Of a DNA stretch of 61,683 nucleotides, positions 1-10,930 are shown in pieces. The stretch spans positions 5,882,570 through 5,944,252 of the forward strand of contig NC_057719.1 in assembly GCF_004010195.1 (NCBI RefSeq), in the 5' to 3' direction. Position 1 is the stretch's first letter, and each line of letters begins with the position of its first letter. The translations under genes were made by a program, and so were the position numbers. Origin of the DNA: Chiloscyllium plagiosum. Its lineage: Eukaryota. Below the pieces are notes generated by a model. It searched no databases and had not been told where the DNA came from. It saw only the letters and a list, made by a program, of their open reading frames with translations.

Positions 1-480
1 CATCTTCTTACTTCCCCTTTCTCATTAGTGTGTCACTACTCCCGCCATGAATACTCGTCTGTTTCTCACTTCTCCTGTACTCGATGCTATCAGCCATCAC
101 TTCTGCTACAAGCATCAGTAGTTTAACTTCTGTGCTCTCTGCTGCCAAATTTTGCTGTCCACAAGCACTCATACTTCTTCGCTCCGAGCAGCGCCAGACC
201 CTAACAAAAGCCTGCCCACTATGCTCGTCTCCTTGCATTCTTGCATGCTTCCCTTCCCACCACCTTCTATCCACTTCCCAATTGCCTCCATAGGCTGAAC
301 CCCATTCAGAGTTCTTGCTTAATTCATTGTGTCTAGACCAGTGACATTCATACTTTATCACTCCCAGACCTCAAACTCCTTCATAATATAAAACTCAAAC
401 AACCCTCCCTCCCATCACTGATGTTACCAGATCTCCGAACCCCACCCACTGCTATATCTCACCACTGCTGATGTGCTGAA
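1..480 (+). mobile_element. Possible decayed Neptune-like PLE 5' ORF remnant
   Basis: Patchy resemblance (e.g. SEQRQTLTKAC vs PQFRTTLSQTC) to the N-terminal PLE ORF at 6419-6928, followed by a C/T-rich linker-like tract. Weak. Confidence 0.3.
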
Positions 481-1085
481 CAGTTCATTACTGTGCTACG
501 GTTGCATTTGCAAGTGATATCGACCAATGGGAAAACACTGGTTTGAGGAACAATGGAGGATTGAGAATTTGTTTTGCAAGTTTACTTTCCCTTTTTGACA
601 AAATGTTGGAATTGTTGATCAGAATTTAAATGTGAACAGCTGTTGTTTTATCGGTAGCAAGTCATTTTGTGGGATGGCTATGAATTTGTACACTCTCCCT
701 GGAGTTTCTTTCATTTCAGAACCCTTTATAAACCAAAATAATGATCTGTGTGGCAGGTCTGAGCTGCTCAGCATTCTGTGAAAGTAGTGTTGTTATGCTG
801 AAGCTCATTAGATTGCAGACAGTGTTGCCAATAGCGTTTCAGTGCAGAGGACCAAGGCCCACAGAGCATAGATATGTATGGCAGGCTTTCACATCAGCTT
901 GACTGATACTTCATCCTCACTCCCACTTGCTGATATTCAGAATGAAGCTCTTTACTAGATGGGCTAAAAGAGCCCAAAATAGAACATGGTGGGGAAGAGT
1001 AATAAGCATGTCACAAACCAAATAAAAACCAACAAACTGTATATGCTGGAAATCAGGATCAAAAACAAGTTGCAGGTGAAACTGT

Positions 1086-2954
1086 TAGAGTCACAGAGAT
1101 GCATAGCACGGAAACAGACTCTTCGGTCCAACCTGTCCATGCCGACCAGATATCCCAACCCAACCTAGTCCCACCTGCAAGCACCTGGCCCATATCCCTC
1201 CCAACACTCCCTATTCATATACCCACCCAGATGCCTTTTAAATGTTGTAATTGTACCAGCCTCCACCACTTCCTCTGGCAGCCCATTCCATACACATACC
1301 ACCCTCTGCGTGAAAAAGTTGCTCCTTAGGTCCCTTTTAATTTTTTTCCCCCTTCACCCTAAATCTATGCCCTGTAGTTCTGGACTCTCCCATCCCAGGG
1401 AAAAGTCCTTGTCTATTTACCCTATTCATGCCTTTCATGATTTTATAAACTTCCTGTAAGGTCATTTGGAAAGGCAAGGACTGATTAGGGATAATCAACA
1501 TGGCTTATGCATGGGAAATCATGTCTCACAAAATTGTTTTGAGTTTTTTTGAAGAAGTAATGAAGAGGATTGATGACGGCAGAGCAGTGGATGTGATCTA
1601 TATAGACTTCAGTAAGGCATTCGACAAGTGTTGAACACTCCAGCCTGTTCAACCTCTCCCCCTGTAGCTCAAATCCTCCGACCCTGGCAATATTGTAAAC
1701 ATTTTCTGAACCCTTTCAAGTTTCTGATAGGAGCGAAACCAGAACTGCACTCAATATTCTAAAAGTGGCCTAGTCAAAGTCCTGTACAGCCACAACATGA
1801 CCTCAATGCTCTTTCCAATAATAGGAAAGCATACCAAACACCTTCTTCACTATCCTTTCTACCTGCAACTCCACTTTCAAGGTGCTATGAAACTGCATTC
1901 CAAGGTCTTTTTGTTCAGCAACACTCCCCCAGGACCTTACCATTAAGTGTATATTTCTGCTCTGATTTGCTTTCCCAAAATGTAGTACCCTACATTTATC
2001 TAAATTAAACTCCATTTGCCACTCCTCAACCCATTGGCCTATCTGATCAAGATCCCATTATACTCTGAGGTAACCTTCTTCGCCATACACTACACCTCCA
2101 ATTTTGGTGTCATCTGCAGACTTACTAACTATACCTCCTATGTTCCCATCCAAATCATTTATATAAATGACAAAAATTAGTGGACCCAGCACCAATCATT
2201 GCGGCACAACACTGGCCACAGGCCTCCAGTCTGAAAAGCAACCCTCCACCACCGCCCTCTGTTTTCTACCTTCAAGCCAGTTCAGTATCCAAATGGCTAC
2301 TTCTTCCTGTATTCCATGGGATCTAACCTTGCTAACCTGTCTACCACGGGGAACCTTGTCGTACGCCTTACTGAAGTCTATATAGATCACATCCACTGCT
2401 CTGCCCTCATCAATCCTCTTCGTTACTTCTTCAAAAAACTCAATCAATTTTGTGAGACATGATTTCCCTAATCAGTCCTTGGCTTTTCAAATACATCTAA
2501 ATCCTATCCCTCAGGATTCCTTCCAACAACTTGCCCACCACTGATGTGAGGCTCACCAGTCCCTGGTGAGCCTGACCAGTCCTTACCACCTTTCTTAAAT
2601 AATGGTACCACGTTAGCCAACCTCCAGTTTTCCAGCACCTCACCTGTCACTTTCGATGATACAAATATCTCAGCAAGGGGCTTAGTAATCACTTCCCTAG
2701 CTTCTCACATATTTATGGGGATGCCTGACCAAGTCCTGGGGATTTATCCACTTTTACATGTTTTAAGATATCCAGGATCACCACCTCTGTAATATGGACA
2801 TTTTTCAAGATGTCACCATCTATTTCCCCAAATTCTGTATCTTCTTTGTCCTCCTCCACAGTAAACACTACAAAATACTCGTTTAGTATCTCCCCCATCG
2901 CCTGTGGCTCTTCACATAAGTTGCCTTGCTGATCTTTGAGGGGCCCTATTCTCT
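1086..2954 (-). mobile_element. CR1 LINE, 3' part (RT domain and 3' tail), degenerate
   Basis: ORFs 2196..2447 ([32 protein letters not shown]...VPQ), 2504..2692, 2713..2898 and 1803..2015 are CR1 ORF2 pieces. 3' tail at about 1086-1150. Continues at 7016 after a 4 kb insertion. Confidence 0.92.
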
Positions 2955-3048
2955 AGGAGAAAGTGAGGTCTGCAGATGCTGGAGATCAAAGTTGAAACTT
3001 TATTGCTGGAACAGCACAGCAGGTCAGGCAGCATCCAGGGAACAGGAG

Positions 3049-3084
3049 ATTCGACGTTTCGGGCACAGGCCCTTCTTCAGGAAT
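3049..3084 (-). ncRNA. Minimal type I hammerhead ribozyme motif, antisense copy
   Basis: Exact reverse complement of 3352-3387. Confidence 0.78.
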
Positions 3085-3351
3085 GAGCAGAGAGTGTTCA
3101 GCAGGAGAAGATAAAAGGTAGGGAGGAGGGACTTGGAGGAGGGGCGTTGGAAATGTGATAGGTGGAAAGAGGTCAAGGTGAGGGTGATAGGTCGGAGTAG
3201 GATGGAGGCGGAGAGGTCAACAAGAAGACTGCAGGTCAGGAAGGCGACGTGGTCGACGGTGCCCTCCACCGCATCTCCTCCACTTCCAACTCCCCTCCTC
3301 CAAGTCCCTCCTCCCTACCTTTTATCTTCTCCTGCTGAACACTCTCTGCTC

Positions 3352-3387
3352 ATTCCTGAAGAAGGGCCTGTGCCCGAAACGTCGAAT
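3352..3387 (+). ncRNA. Minimal type I hammerhead ribozyme motif (PLE-associated)
   Basis: Stem I ATTC/GAAT, core CTGAAGA, stem II GGGC/GCCC with CTGT loop, GAAA, vestigial palindromic stem III (ACGT), GTC triplet with predicted cut after 3383. Confidence 0.8.
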
Positions 3388-4856
3388 CTCCTGTTCCCTG
3401 GATGCTGCCTGACCTGCTGTGCTGTTCCAGCAATAAAGTTTCAACTTTGATATCCAAATGAATCCAACAAGAACTGGACCAAGCATATGTGGTACTCATA
3501 ATCTTCTTCATCCTAAGTATACGCATGATTTTACTACAACTGCTAAGTATTTCATCAGTAATATTTTCAGCAACATAACACAAAACATCGCAGATAAGAA
3601 AAACTGCAGCATATTAACATGCCAAATTTCCCCTAAAGTAAATGCATTAAAATTCCATCAAATTTGACAATATTGTTATGTATTTGGCTTTAAGGGGTTA
3701 ACACGTAGGGGGTTCCATACAACAGCCAAGCAGGGTGAGATCAATAGTTGTGATGTTGAGAAGATATGCTCTTCTTCATTAGGGTAAATAAAACCACAGA
3801 AAGTAGACAAAATCAAACACAAAATATTGCTGAGGAAAGGAGTGAACAAAGACAGAAATGGGAACTATTTAAATGTAAATCTATGATTCGCTCCAGTAAT
3901 AATATCTAACAATATTCAATATCTAGGATCATACCAAAAGAGTACTTTGAAGTATTAAAGGGATTTTCTGCTATCTAGTGATCTCTGAGGCATGAAGTTT
4001 CCCTTTCTTGATATGTGCAAGATCAAGACAAACACTAGGCATACAGTAACAGTGATATCACCGCAGGGAGTTGGCAGCCAATTACACTGAAGTATTCTCA
4101 AACAGCAAATCAGAAAGTAAAATGCAGTAAAATCTTCTACTCAATTAAAATTTCCACAGAGTAAATACAAATCATCAGTGATACACATGGGATTAAAGTA
4201 GCTGAAATATCATAACTTTTTTTTAAATTTGAAAAAAACATTATTGCCATAATAATGGCAAAAAAGCATCCCAGTGATATAACATTAGATTTCTATGAGT
4301 AACTATTGAGTTATTAAAATTAAATTGCATTTATATAGTAACTGTTATGGCCACAGAAAGATCCAAAATGCTTTACAGCCAATAAAGTACTTTGGAAGTA
4401 CAGTCAGTGTTGACACATAGCAGGCAATTTACATGTAGCAAGCTCCCACAAAAAGAAATGCTGTACTAATTATTGAAAAAATATTGACTATGACACCTGG
4501 AACAACTTTCTCATCAGTGGTGAGGTTCTGGAACCCACGAGTTCAAAGGGTAATACAGGCAAAAACCATAATCACATTAAAACATGCGGTGGAACAGTCA
4601 ATGGGTTTAGGAATCAAAATTTGGAGAGTGGGATTAGTGTGACGAGGTATTCATCGACTGGTATGGACATAATGTGCCAGACGACTACCTTCTGTGCATG
4701 AAATCTTACTGTGTTTTCTATGTATCTATAACTCTTATTAAAAATAGTGCCATTGGCTCTTCTATGTCTACATTAGAGGACAGACAGGCCTTCACTTAGT
4801 AGGCTCTCGTCAAAAAGATAGCAGCTTAAATCTTCCAACTTCCCTCACTGGATTGG

Positions 4857-5203
4857 AATGTGTTGCTGGAAAAGCGCAGCAGGTCAGGCAGCATCCAGGG
4901 AACAGGAGAATCGACGTTTCGGGCATAAACCCTTCTTCAGGAATGAGGAAAGTTTGTCCAGCAGGCTAAGATAAAAGGTAGGGAGGAGGGACTTGGGGGA
5001 GGGGCGTCGGAAATGTGATAGGTGGAAAGAGGTCAAGGTGAGGGTGATAGGCCAGACTGGGGTGGGGGCGGAGAGGTCGGGAAGAAGATTGCAGGTTAGG
5101 AAGGCGGTGCTGAGTTCGATGGATTTGACTGAGACAAGGTGGGAGGAGGGGAAATGAAATTTTCAGCTCTGATCTCCAGCATCTGCAGACCTCACTTTCT
5201 CCT
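4857..5203 (-). mobile_element. Neptune-like PLE 3' terminal fragment (second subfamily) with short inverted tip
   Basis: Same terminal repeat with AATGTGTTGCTGGAAAAGCGC variant. Hammerhead core on - at about 4910-4944. Inverted tip 5160-5203. Confidence 0.8.
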
Positions 5204-5573
5204 AGCCATAGTGAAGCCACACAGTGTCTAACTCAATGACTCGTCTCTGGTAAATACGAACGTTGTTGATCTCCTCTTGTGTTGAAATCAGAAACAGACA
5301 TGAAGGTGACAATTGGAAGCCACCCACCCTGCACTGAGACTGAAGCCAGCCGTCTCTGGTTTGATGTTTTCAAGAAAGACCTTTATATCTGCGATGGGAA
5401 GATTTGGGTGTCAATCTTACAAGGTAATGCAACAATATCATTAAGGTAGAGATGGATTGTTTGTAGTGCCACCCCTCAGTGAAGTTGTTAATGAATAAAT
5501 AGAATACATAAAGAAAGAAAGTCACATTTGTATGAACCTCAGCAAGGCTCATTACGGTCAATGAAATTTTTTT

Positions 5574-6088
5574 GGGGGCGGAGTTAGGCGTGGTGGCGGA
5601 ACGCGGCGGGGGGGCGGGGTTAGGCGTGGTGACGGAACGCGGCGGGGGGGCGGGGTTAGGCGTGGTGACGGAACGCGGCGGGGGGGCGGGGTTAGGCGTG
5701 GTGACGGAACGCGGCGGGGGGGCGGGGTTAGGCGTGGTGACGGAACGCGGCGGGGGGGCGGGGTTAGGCGTGGTGACGGAACGCGGCGGGGGGGCGGGGT
5801 TAGGCGTGGTGACGGAACGCGGCGGGGGGGCGGGGTTAGGCGTGGTGACGGAACGCGGCGGGGGGGCGGGGTTAGGCGTGGTGACGGAACGCGGCGGGGG
5901 GGCGGGGTTAGGCGTGGTGACGGAACGCGGCGGGGGGGCGGGGTTAGGCGTGGTGACGGAACGCGGCGGGGGGGCGGGGTTAGGCGTGGTGACGGAACGC
6001 GGCGGGGGGGCGGGGTTAGGCGTGGTGACGGAACGCGGCGGGGGGGCGGGGTTAGGCGTGGTGACGGAACGCGGCGGGGGGGCGGGGA
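5574..6088. repeat. GC-rich minisatellite, 36 bp unit GGCGTGGTGACGGAACGCGGCGGGGGGGCGGGGTTA x ~14
   Basis: Near-perfect tandem array visible directly. Gives 12-aa periodic ORFs in the track. Confidence 0.97.
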
Positions 6089-6928
6089 CACATGCGGGGA
6101 TGTGGTCCAAATGTAGGTTGCTGACGTCACTGGGGGCGGAAATAGCTGCGGCGACCACGGAGACAGAGTTTTCCCCATAGCCGCGGAGGTCGCCAATCTG
6201 TTGGCGATTGTCTTCATGACGATCGCAGAGCAGGTTGTCTGTGCGGCGATCCCGGAGGCGGTTGTTTGGGCCGCGATCATGAAGGTTGCGAGGTCGGTGG
6301 GGGCGGAAGTGACGTCATCGCCGGCGGCGTCTGCTGCTATTGCCGCGGGCGCTGTAGCGGCCGCGTGTGTAATGGCGCCGGACTGGTTTCGGAGGCCGAT
6401 GGAAGTTTCTGGAACGGTTTAGGAATCCGGAGTTTGGGGGTAAGTACATGAAAGTTTTTGGTACTTACTGCCTTTAATTTCCGATATGGCTAGAAAGAAC
6501 TGTTTGTTCAGTCTATGGATTCTTCTGTAAATGAAGAATAGTAGAGGTCCTTTACAGGTCTGTGAGAGAGTTGTCCTGAACTGGGGTAGGTCGAGTTGCA
6601 GGGAATGTAGGTACTGGCGCATGGCTGCAAGCGTGGAGTGGAGGATCCGGAGGGCAGTCCGTTGCTGGAGGCTGCGGATTTGTTGCAGGTACTGGTTGTC
6701 CTGGTTGGGTCCAAATTGTGTTGGTCGGAAGGTGATCTGGAGTCCATGGGAGATCAGTCGGTTCCGTAGGCAGGTGCTGAGAAAGGAGATATGGCTGTGG
6801 TAACGAGTCTGCTTCAGAATGTGGCTGAAGAGCTTCTGTGCAGAGGAGATGACCTGGGGTGTGCAGTGAGAGAGGAACTCACTGAAATCTTTGTAGAGAG
6901 AGGCAGAGAGCTTCTTCAAGGAAGGCAT
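5574..6928 (-). pseudogene. Neptune-like PLE ORF, N-terminal domain plus low-complexity linker (3'-truncated, disrupted)
   Basis: 6419..6928 contains HISFLSTCLRNRLISHGL, resembling the PLE N-terminal H..FL..C motif. ATG follows the PLE terminal repeat (6964-7015). Homologous to 61107-61683. In-frame TAA at 6419-21 where the other copy has TCA. Confidence 0.75.
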
Positions 6929-7015
6929 CCTTGTAAGAGGATTCGCAGTAGGTTGAAATCTTCGAGGAGAAAGTGAGGTCTGCAGATGCTGGAGATCAAA
7001 GTTGAAACTTTATTG

Positions 7016-9110
7016 CTATTCTCTCCCTAGTTACCCTTTTGTCCTCAATATATTTATCAAATCCCTTTGGGTTCTCCTTGGGCGGCACGGTGGCACAGTG
7101 GTTAGCACTGCTGCCTCACAGTGCCAGAAACCTGGGTTCAATTCCCGCCTCAAGCGACTGACTGTGTGGAGTTTGCACGTTTTCTCCATGTCTGCTTGGG
7201 TTTGCTCCGGGTGCTCCGGTTTCCTCCCACAGTCCAAAGATGTGCAGGTCAGGTGAATTGGCCATGCTAAATTGACCGTAGTGTTAGGTAAGGGGTAAAT
7301 GTAGGGGTATGGGTGGGTTGTGCTTCGGCGGGTCGGTGTGGACTTGTTGGGCCAAGGGCCTGTTTCCACACTGTAAGTAATCTAATCTAATCTAATCTAA
7401 TCATAATCCTATTTGCCAAAGCTATCTCATGTTCCCTTTTGGCCAAAGCTATCTCATGTTCCCTTTTGGCCCTGCTGATTTCCCTCTTAAGTATACTGCT
7501 ACTGCCTTTATACTCTACTAAGGATTAATTTAATCTATCTTGTCTCTACCTGACATATGCTTCCTTCTTTTTCTTAACCAAACCCTCATTTTCGTTAGTC
7601 ATCCAGCATTCCCTATACCTATCTGCCTTTCCTTTCACCCTAACAGGAATATACTATCTCTGGACTCTCATTATCTCATTTCTGAAGGCCTCCCATTTTC
7701 CAGCCATCCTTTTATCTGCAAACATCTGCCCCCAGTCAGCTTTTGAAAGTTCTTGCCTAAAATGTCAAAATTGGCCTTTCTCCAATTTAGAACTTCAACT
7801 TTTAGATCTGGTCTATCCTTTTCCATCACTTAAACTAATAGAGTTAAGGTCGCTGGCCCCAAACTGCTCTCCCACTAACACCTCAGTCACCTACCCTGCT
7901 TTATTCCCCAAGAGTAGGTCAAGTTTTGCATCCTCTCTAGTTAGGTACATCCACATATTGAATCAAAAAATTTTCTCGTACACACTTAACAAATTCCTCT
8001 CCATCTAAACCCTTAACACTCTGGCAGTCATAGTCTATGTTTGGAAAGTTAAAATCCCCTTCCATAACCACCCTATTATTCATACAGATAACTGAGATCT
8101 CCTTACAAATCTGTTTCTTAATTCCCGCTGACTATTGGGGGGTCTATTGTACAATCCCAATAAGGTGATCATTCCTTTCTTGTTTCTCAGTTCCACCCAA
8201 ATAACTTCCCTGGATGGATTCCCAGGAATATCCTCCCTAAATACAGCTGTAATGCTATACCTTATCAAAAATGCCACTGCCCCTCCTCTCTCGCCCCCCC
8301 CTTTCAATCCTCCCTGTAGCATTTGTATCCTGGAACATTAAGCTGCCAGTCCTGTCCATCCCTGAGCCACATCTCTGTAATTGCTATGATATGTCAGTCC
8401 CATGTTCCTAACCATGTCCTGAGTTCACCTGCCTTCCCTGTTAGGTCTCTTATATTGAAATAAATGCAGTTTAATTTATCAGTCCTAACTTGTTCTCTGC
8501 TTTGTTCCTGTCAGCCCTGACTGTTTGACACTCTCCTTTTCCCAACTGTACCAGTCTCAGATTGATCTCTGTCCTCACTATTTAGCTGGGTCCCCCCTCC
8601 TTCCCCTCCCAATATTACTCGTGTAAAACCTCCTGAGCACCTCTAGCTAATCTATATGTCCCCTTCAAATTCAGGTGCAATCTGCCCTTCTTGTACAGGA
8701 CACTTCTCTCCCAGAAGAGATTCCAATGATCCAAGAATGTAAACCCTTCTCCCCTGCACCAACTCCTCAGGCATTCATCTGCTCTATCATCCTATTCCTA
8801 CCCTCACGACCTCATAGCACCGGGAGTAATCCAGGTGCCCTCGAGGACCACCTTTTTAAATTCCTGCCTAACTTTCCATATTCTCCCTTCAGAATCTCAT
8901 CCCCTTTCCTTCCCAGTTCCAATGTGTATAGAAACCACCTGCTGGTCCCTCTCCCCTTTGAGAAGGTTCTGCACCCTCTCCAAGACATCCTTGATCCTGG
9001 AACCAGGGAAGCAACACACCATTCTGATTTTTCACCGCCGACCGCAGAAACATCTGTCTGTGCCTCTGATCGAGAGTCCCCTATCATAATCAATCACTTG
9101 GAACCCTTCA
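7016..9110 (-). mobile_element. CR1 LINE, 5' part (APE endonuclease and ORF1 SGNH-esterase region), same element as 1086-2954
   Basis: 8080..8322 (GGAVAFLIR...IWVELRNKKGMITLLGLYNRPPNS) is APE endonuclease. 8812..9093 (IMIGDS...) is esterase-like ORF1. Colinear with the CR1 copy at 37870-39860. Interrupted by a SINE at 7080-7402. Confidence 0.9.
7080..7402 (+). mobile_element. HE1-type tRNA-derived V-SINE, full length
   Basis: GGGCGGCACGGTGGCACAGTGGTTAGC head (A box), GGTTCAATTCC B box, V-domain TGTGTGGAGTTTGCACGT, CR1-like tail and (CTAAT)n end. Confidence 0.92.
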
Positions 9111-9118
9111 TACACTTT

Positions 9119-9680
9119 CATAGAATCCCTACTGTGTGGAAACAGGCCATTTGGCCCAACAATTCCACACCGACCCTCCGAAGAACATCTCACCCAGACC
9201 CACTCCCCGAAGCATATACCCCTGACGAAGGCACCTAACCTTACATGTCCCTGAACACTGTGGAGGAGAAAGTGAGGTCTGCAGATGCTGGAGATCAGAG
9301 CTGAAAATGTGTTGCTGGAAAAGCGCAGCTGGTCAGGCAGCATCCAGGGAACAGGAGAATCGACGTTTCGGGCATAAGCCTTCCTGAAGAAGGGCTTATG
9401 CCCGAAACGTCGATTCTCCTGTTCCCTGGATGCTGCCTGACCTGCTGCGCTTTTCCAGCAACACATTTTCAGCCCTGAACACTGTGGGCAATTTCCCATG
9501 GCCAATTCACCTAACCTGCACATCTTTGGATTATGGGAGGAAACCAGAGTACCTGGAGGAAACCCACGCAGACACAGGGAGAATGTGAAAACTCCACACA
9601 GACAGCCGCCCAAGGCTGGAATTGAATCTGGGTCCCTGGCACTGTGAGGCAGAAGTACTTATCACTGAGCCACTGTGCCA
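9119..9680 (-). mobile_element. HE1-type SINE interrupted by a PLE hairpin
   Basis: Reverse-complement similarity to 7080-7402. Split at 9263/9473 by an insertion with TSD. Confidence 0.85.
9264..9472. mobile_element. Fold-back PLE terminal element, TSD CCCTGAACACTGTGG
   Basis: TSD at 9249-9263 and 9473-9487. Inverted arms meet at the hammerhead core (CTGAAGAAGGGCTTATGCCCGAAACGTC). Confidence 0.9.
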
Positions 9681-9688
9681 TCCAGAGC

Positions 9689-9795
9689 CATTCTGAAGAA
9701 GGATCATTGAACCCGAAACTTTAAGACTACTTTCTTTCCATAGATGCTGCCGGAGCTGCTGAGTTTCTCCAGCAATTCCTGATTTTGTTTCTGAT
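9689..9795 (+). mobile_element. Older PLE terminal-repeat fragment (CTGAAGAAGGGTCACTGGACCCGAAAC family)
   Basis: Degenerate hammerhead core followed by GATGCTGCC...CTGCTGAGTTTCTCCAGCAATT. Confidence 0.65.
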
Positions 9796-10589
9796 GTCAC
9801 AAACCAAACCAGGTCGATGAAATAACAGGCTCAGATTTTCTAATTGTTTAATACTGATATGTAGATAAATGCATTGCCTATTGTGAGATTGTGCTAATGG
9901 GGGCATGTTCCATTTTTGATATGAGTTTGATGTTTTGTGAGTGAATCTTGACTCTGGTCTTGATCCAGCCTGTAATGTAGTTAGTCTTGCAGAGAACGTA
10001 AATCACCCATGCCCCACTTTCCCAGTTTTTAAAAGAACTTCTCCTTTTAAATCAGAGGATAGGAGGCTGTAGCCACTATTCTGTCTTCTGTGGCCTGTAA
10101 CATACCCCCACCTTGCTACCCTGAACTGTCCCCAGAGGCGTACAAAGGCCTACAATAAATTGGTATGTGTTGCATCCGTTTTCCATGCATAAAATGGGCC
10201 GAGCGCAGACCAGTTTCTCCTCCAGTGCACCCTCTGGTTCTCAATCCGTTTACGCCTGAAAAGTTTCTTCCTATCTAAACTCCTCATGATTTTGAAAACT
10301 TGAAGCCTGAAAGTTACTCATTAACCATTACTCTTTTTCATATACCTCAGTCCATTTTGTTTTCAAGTTCCTTTTATTTTATGGCCTGTGACTTTCCTTA
10401 CACACCTATTATGTGGGACTGTAACAAATGCCTTTTAAAAGTTCAGATATACTATGTCAGCAGCCTTGACCTCATTAACCCTCTGTGTTATCTTTTAAAA
10501 TATTCCAAGTTAGTTGGATGCAATTTTCATCTAATAAACTTATGCTGACTCTTCCAAATTAACCAATATTTTTCCGTGTGACTTTTTTA

Positions 10590-10930
10590 AAAAATTCATT
10601 TGTGGAGTTTGTGTAATGCTGTCTTTGTGAGTATTTATTGCCCATCCTTAACCTACCAGCAGGCAGTTAAGAGTCAGTCACATTGCTGTGGATCTGAAGT
10701 CACATGTAAGCCAGACCAAGTCAGGATGGCAGATTTTCTTCCCAAATGGGTATTAGTGAACCAAATGGGCATTCACAAAAATTGATATGGATACATGGTT
10801 GTTTTTTGCTCCAGAATGTTACCAAATTCAGCTTTCGTAACCTGTCATGGGGGGAATTCACACTCATGTCACCGGAACATTAGCCTGGGATTCTGGATTA
10901 TTAGTCTAATTACATTCCCACGACACTATC
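10590..10930 (-). mobile_element. Unnamed dispersed repeat, probably a SINE (other copies ~19810-20070, ~33990-34440, ~43130-43440 on +, ~52770-53110)
   Basis: Recurrent GGCAGTTAAGAGTCAAcCACATTGCTGTGGATCTGGAGTCACATGTA...CCAGAACATTAGCCTGGG motif in several places. Confidence 0.55.

Larger units (their letters stand above)
2955..3451. mobile_element. Fold-back PLE terminal element with a hammerhead core on each strand
   Basis: 2985-3150 is the reverse complement of about 3285-3451. CTGAAGA-AGGGC-CTGT-GCCC-GAAA-CGTC on + (3356-3383) and on - (3053-3080). Confidence 0.88.
2955..7015 (-). mobile_element. 4.06 kb composite Penelope-like insertion inside the CR1, flanked by 9 bp TSD CTATTCTCT
   Basis: CTATTCTCT at 2946-2954 and 7016-7024, and the CR1 resumes exactly. 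Both ends are PLE terminal-repeat sequence. Interior: hairpin, non-PLE DNA, second PLE terminus, VNTR, PLE N-terminal ORF. Confidence 0.8.

Noticed and set aside
3350..3667. Duplicated 77-aa and 69-aa ORFs (also 14953-15270) as a conserved small gene
   Set aside because: Identity comes from recent DNA duplication. There is no recognisable domain or splice context.
5574..6088. CRISPR-like array or interstitial telomere
   Set aside because: The units are contiguous with no unique spacers, the context is eukaryotic, and there is only one TTAGG per 36 bp rather than (TTAGGG)n.
5370..6280. Long Pro-rich or Gly-rich ORFs (262, 240 and 202 aa) as novel host genes
   Set aside because: They are open only because of a stop-free 36 bp VNTR inside a truncated PLE linker.
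7080..7150. tRNA gene
   Set aside because: The A and B boxes belong to the tRNA-derived head of an HE1-type SINE and continue into the SINE body.
7414..7470. Short tandem duplications (27 bp here; also ~18678-18718 and ~34420-34457)
   Set aside because: Ordinary slippage events inside decayed repeats.
9264..9472. Hairpins as classical DNA-transposon MITEs or pre-miRNAs
   Set aside because: The arms are asymmetric with one variable end, TSDs are variable (12-16 bp), and the sequence equals PLE termini. This points to retrotransposition.
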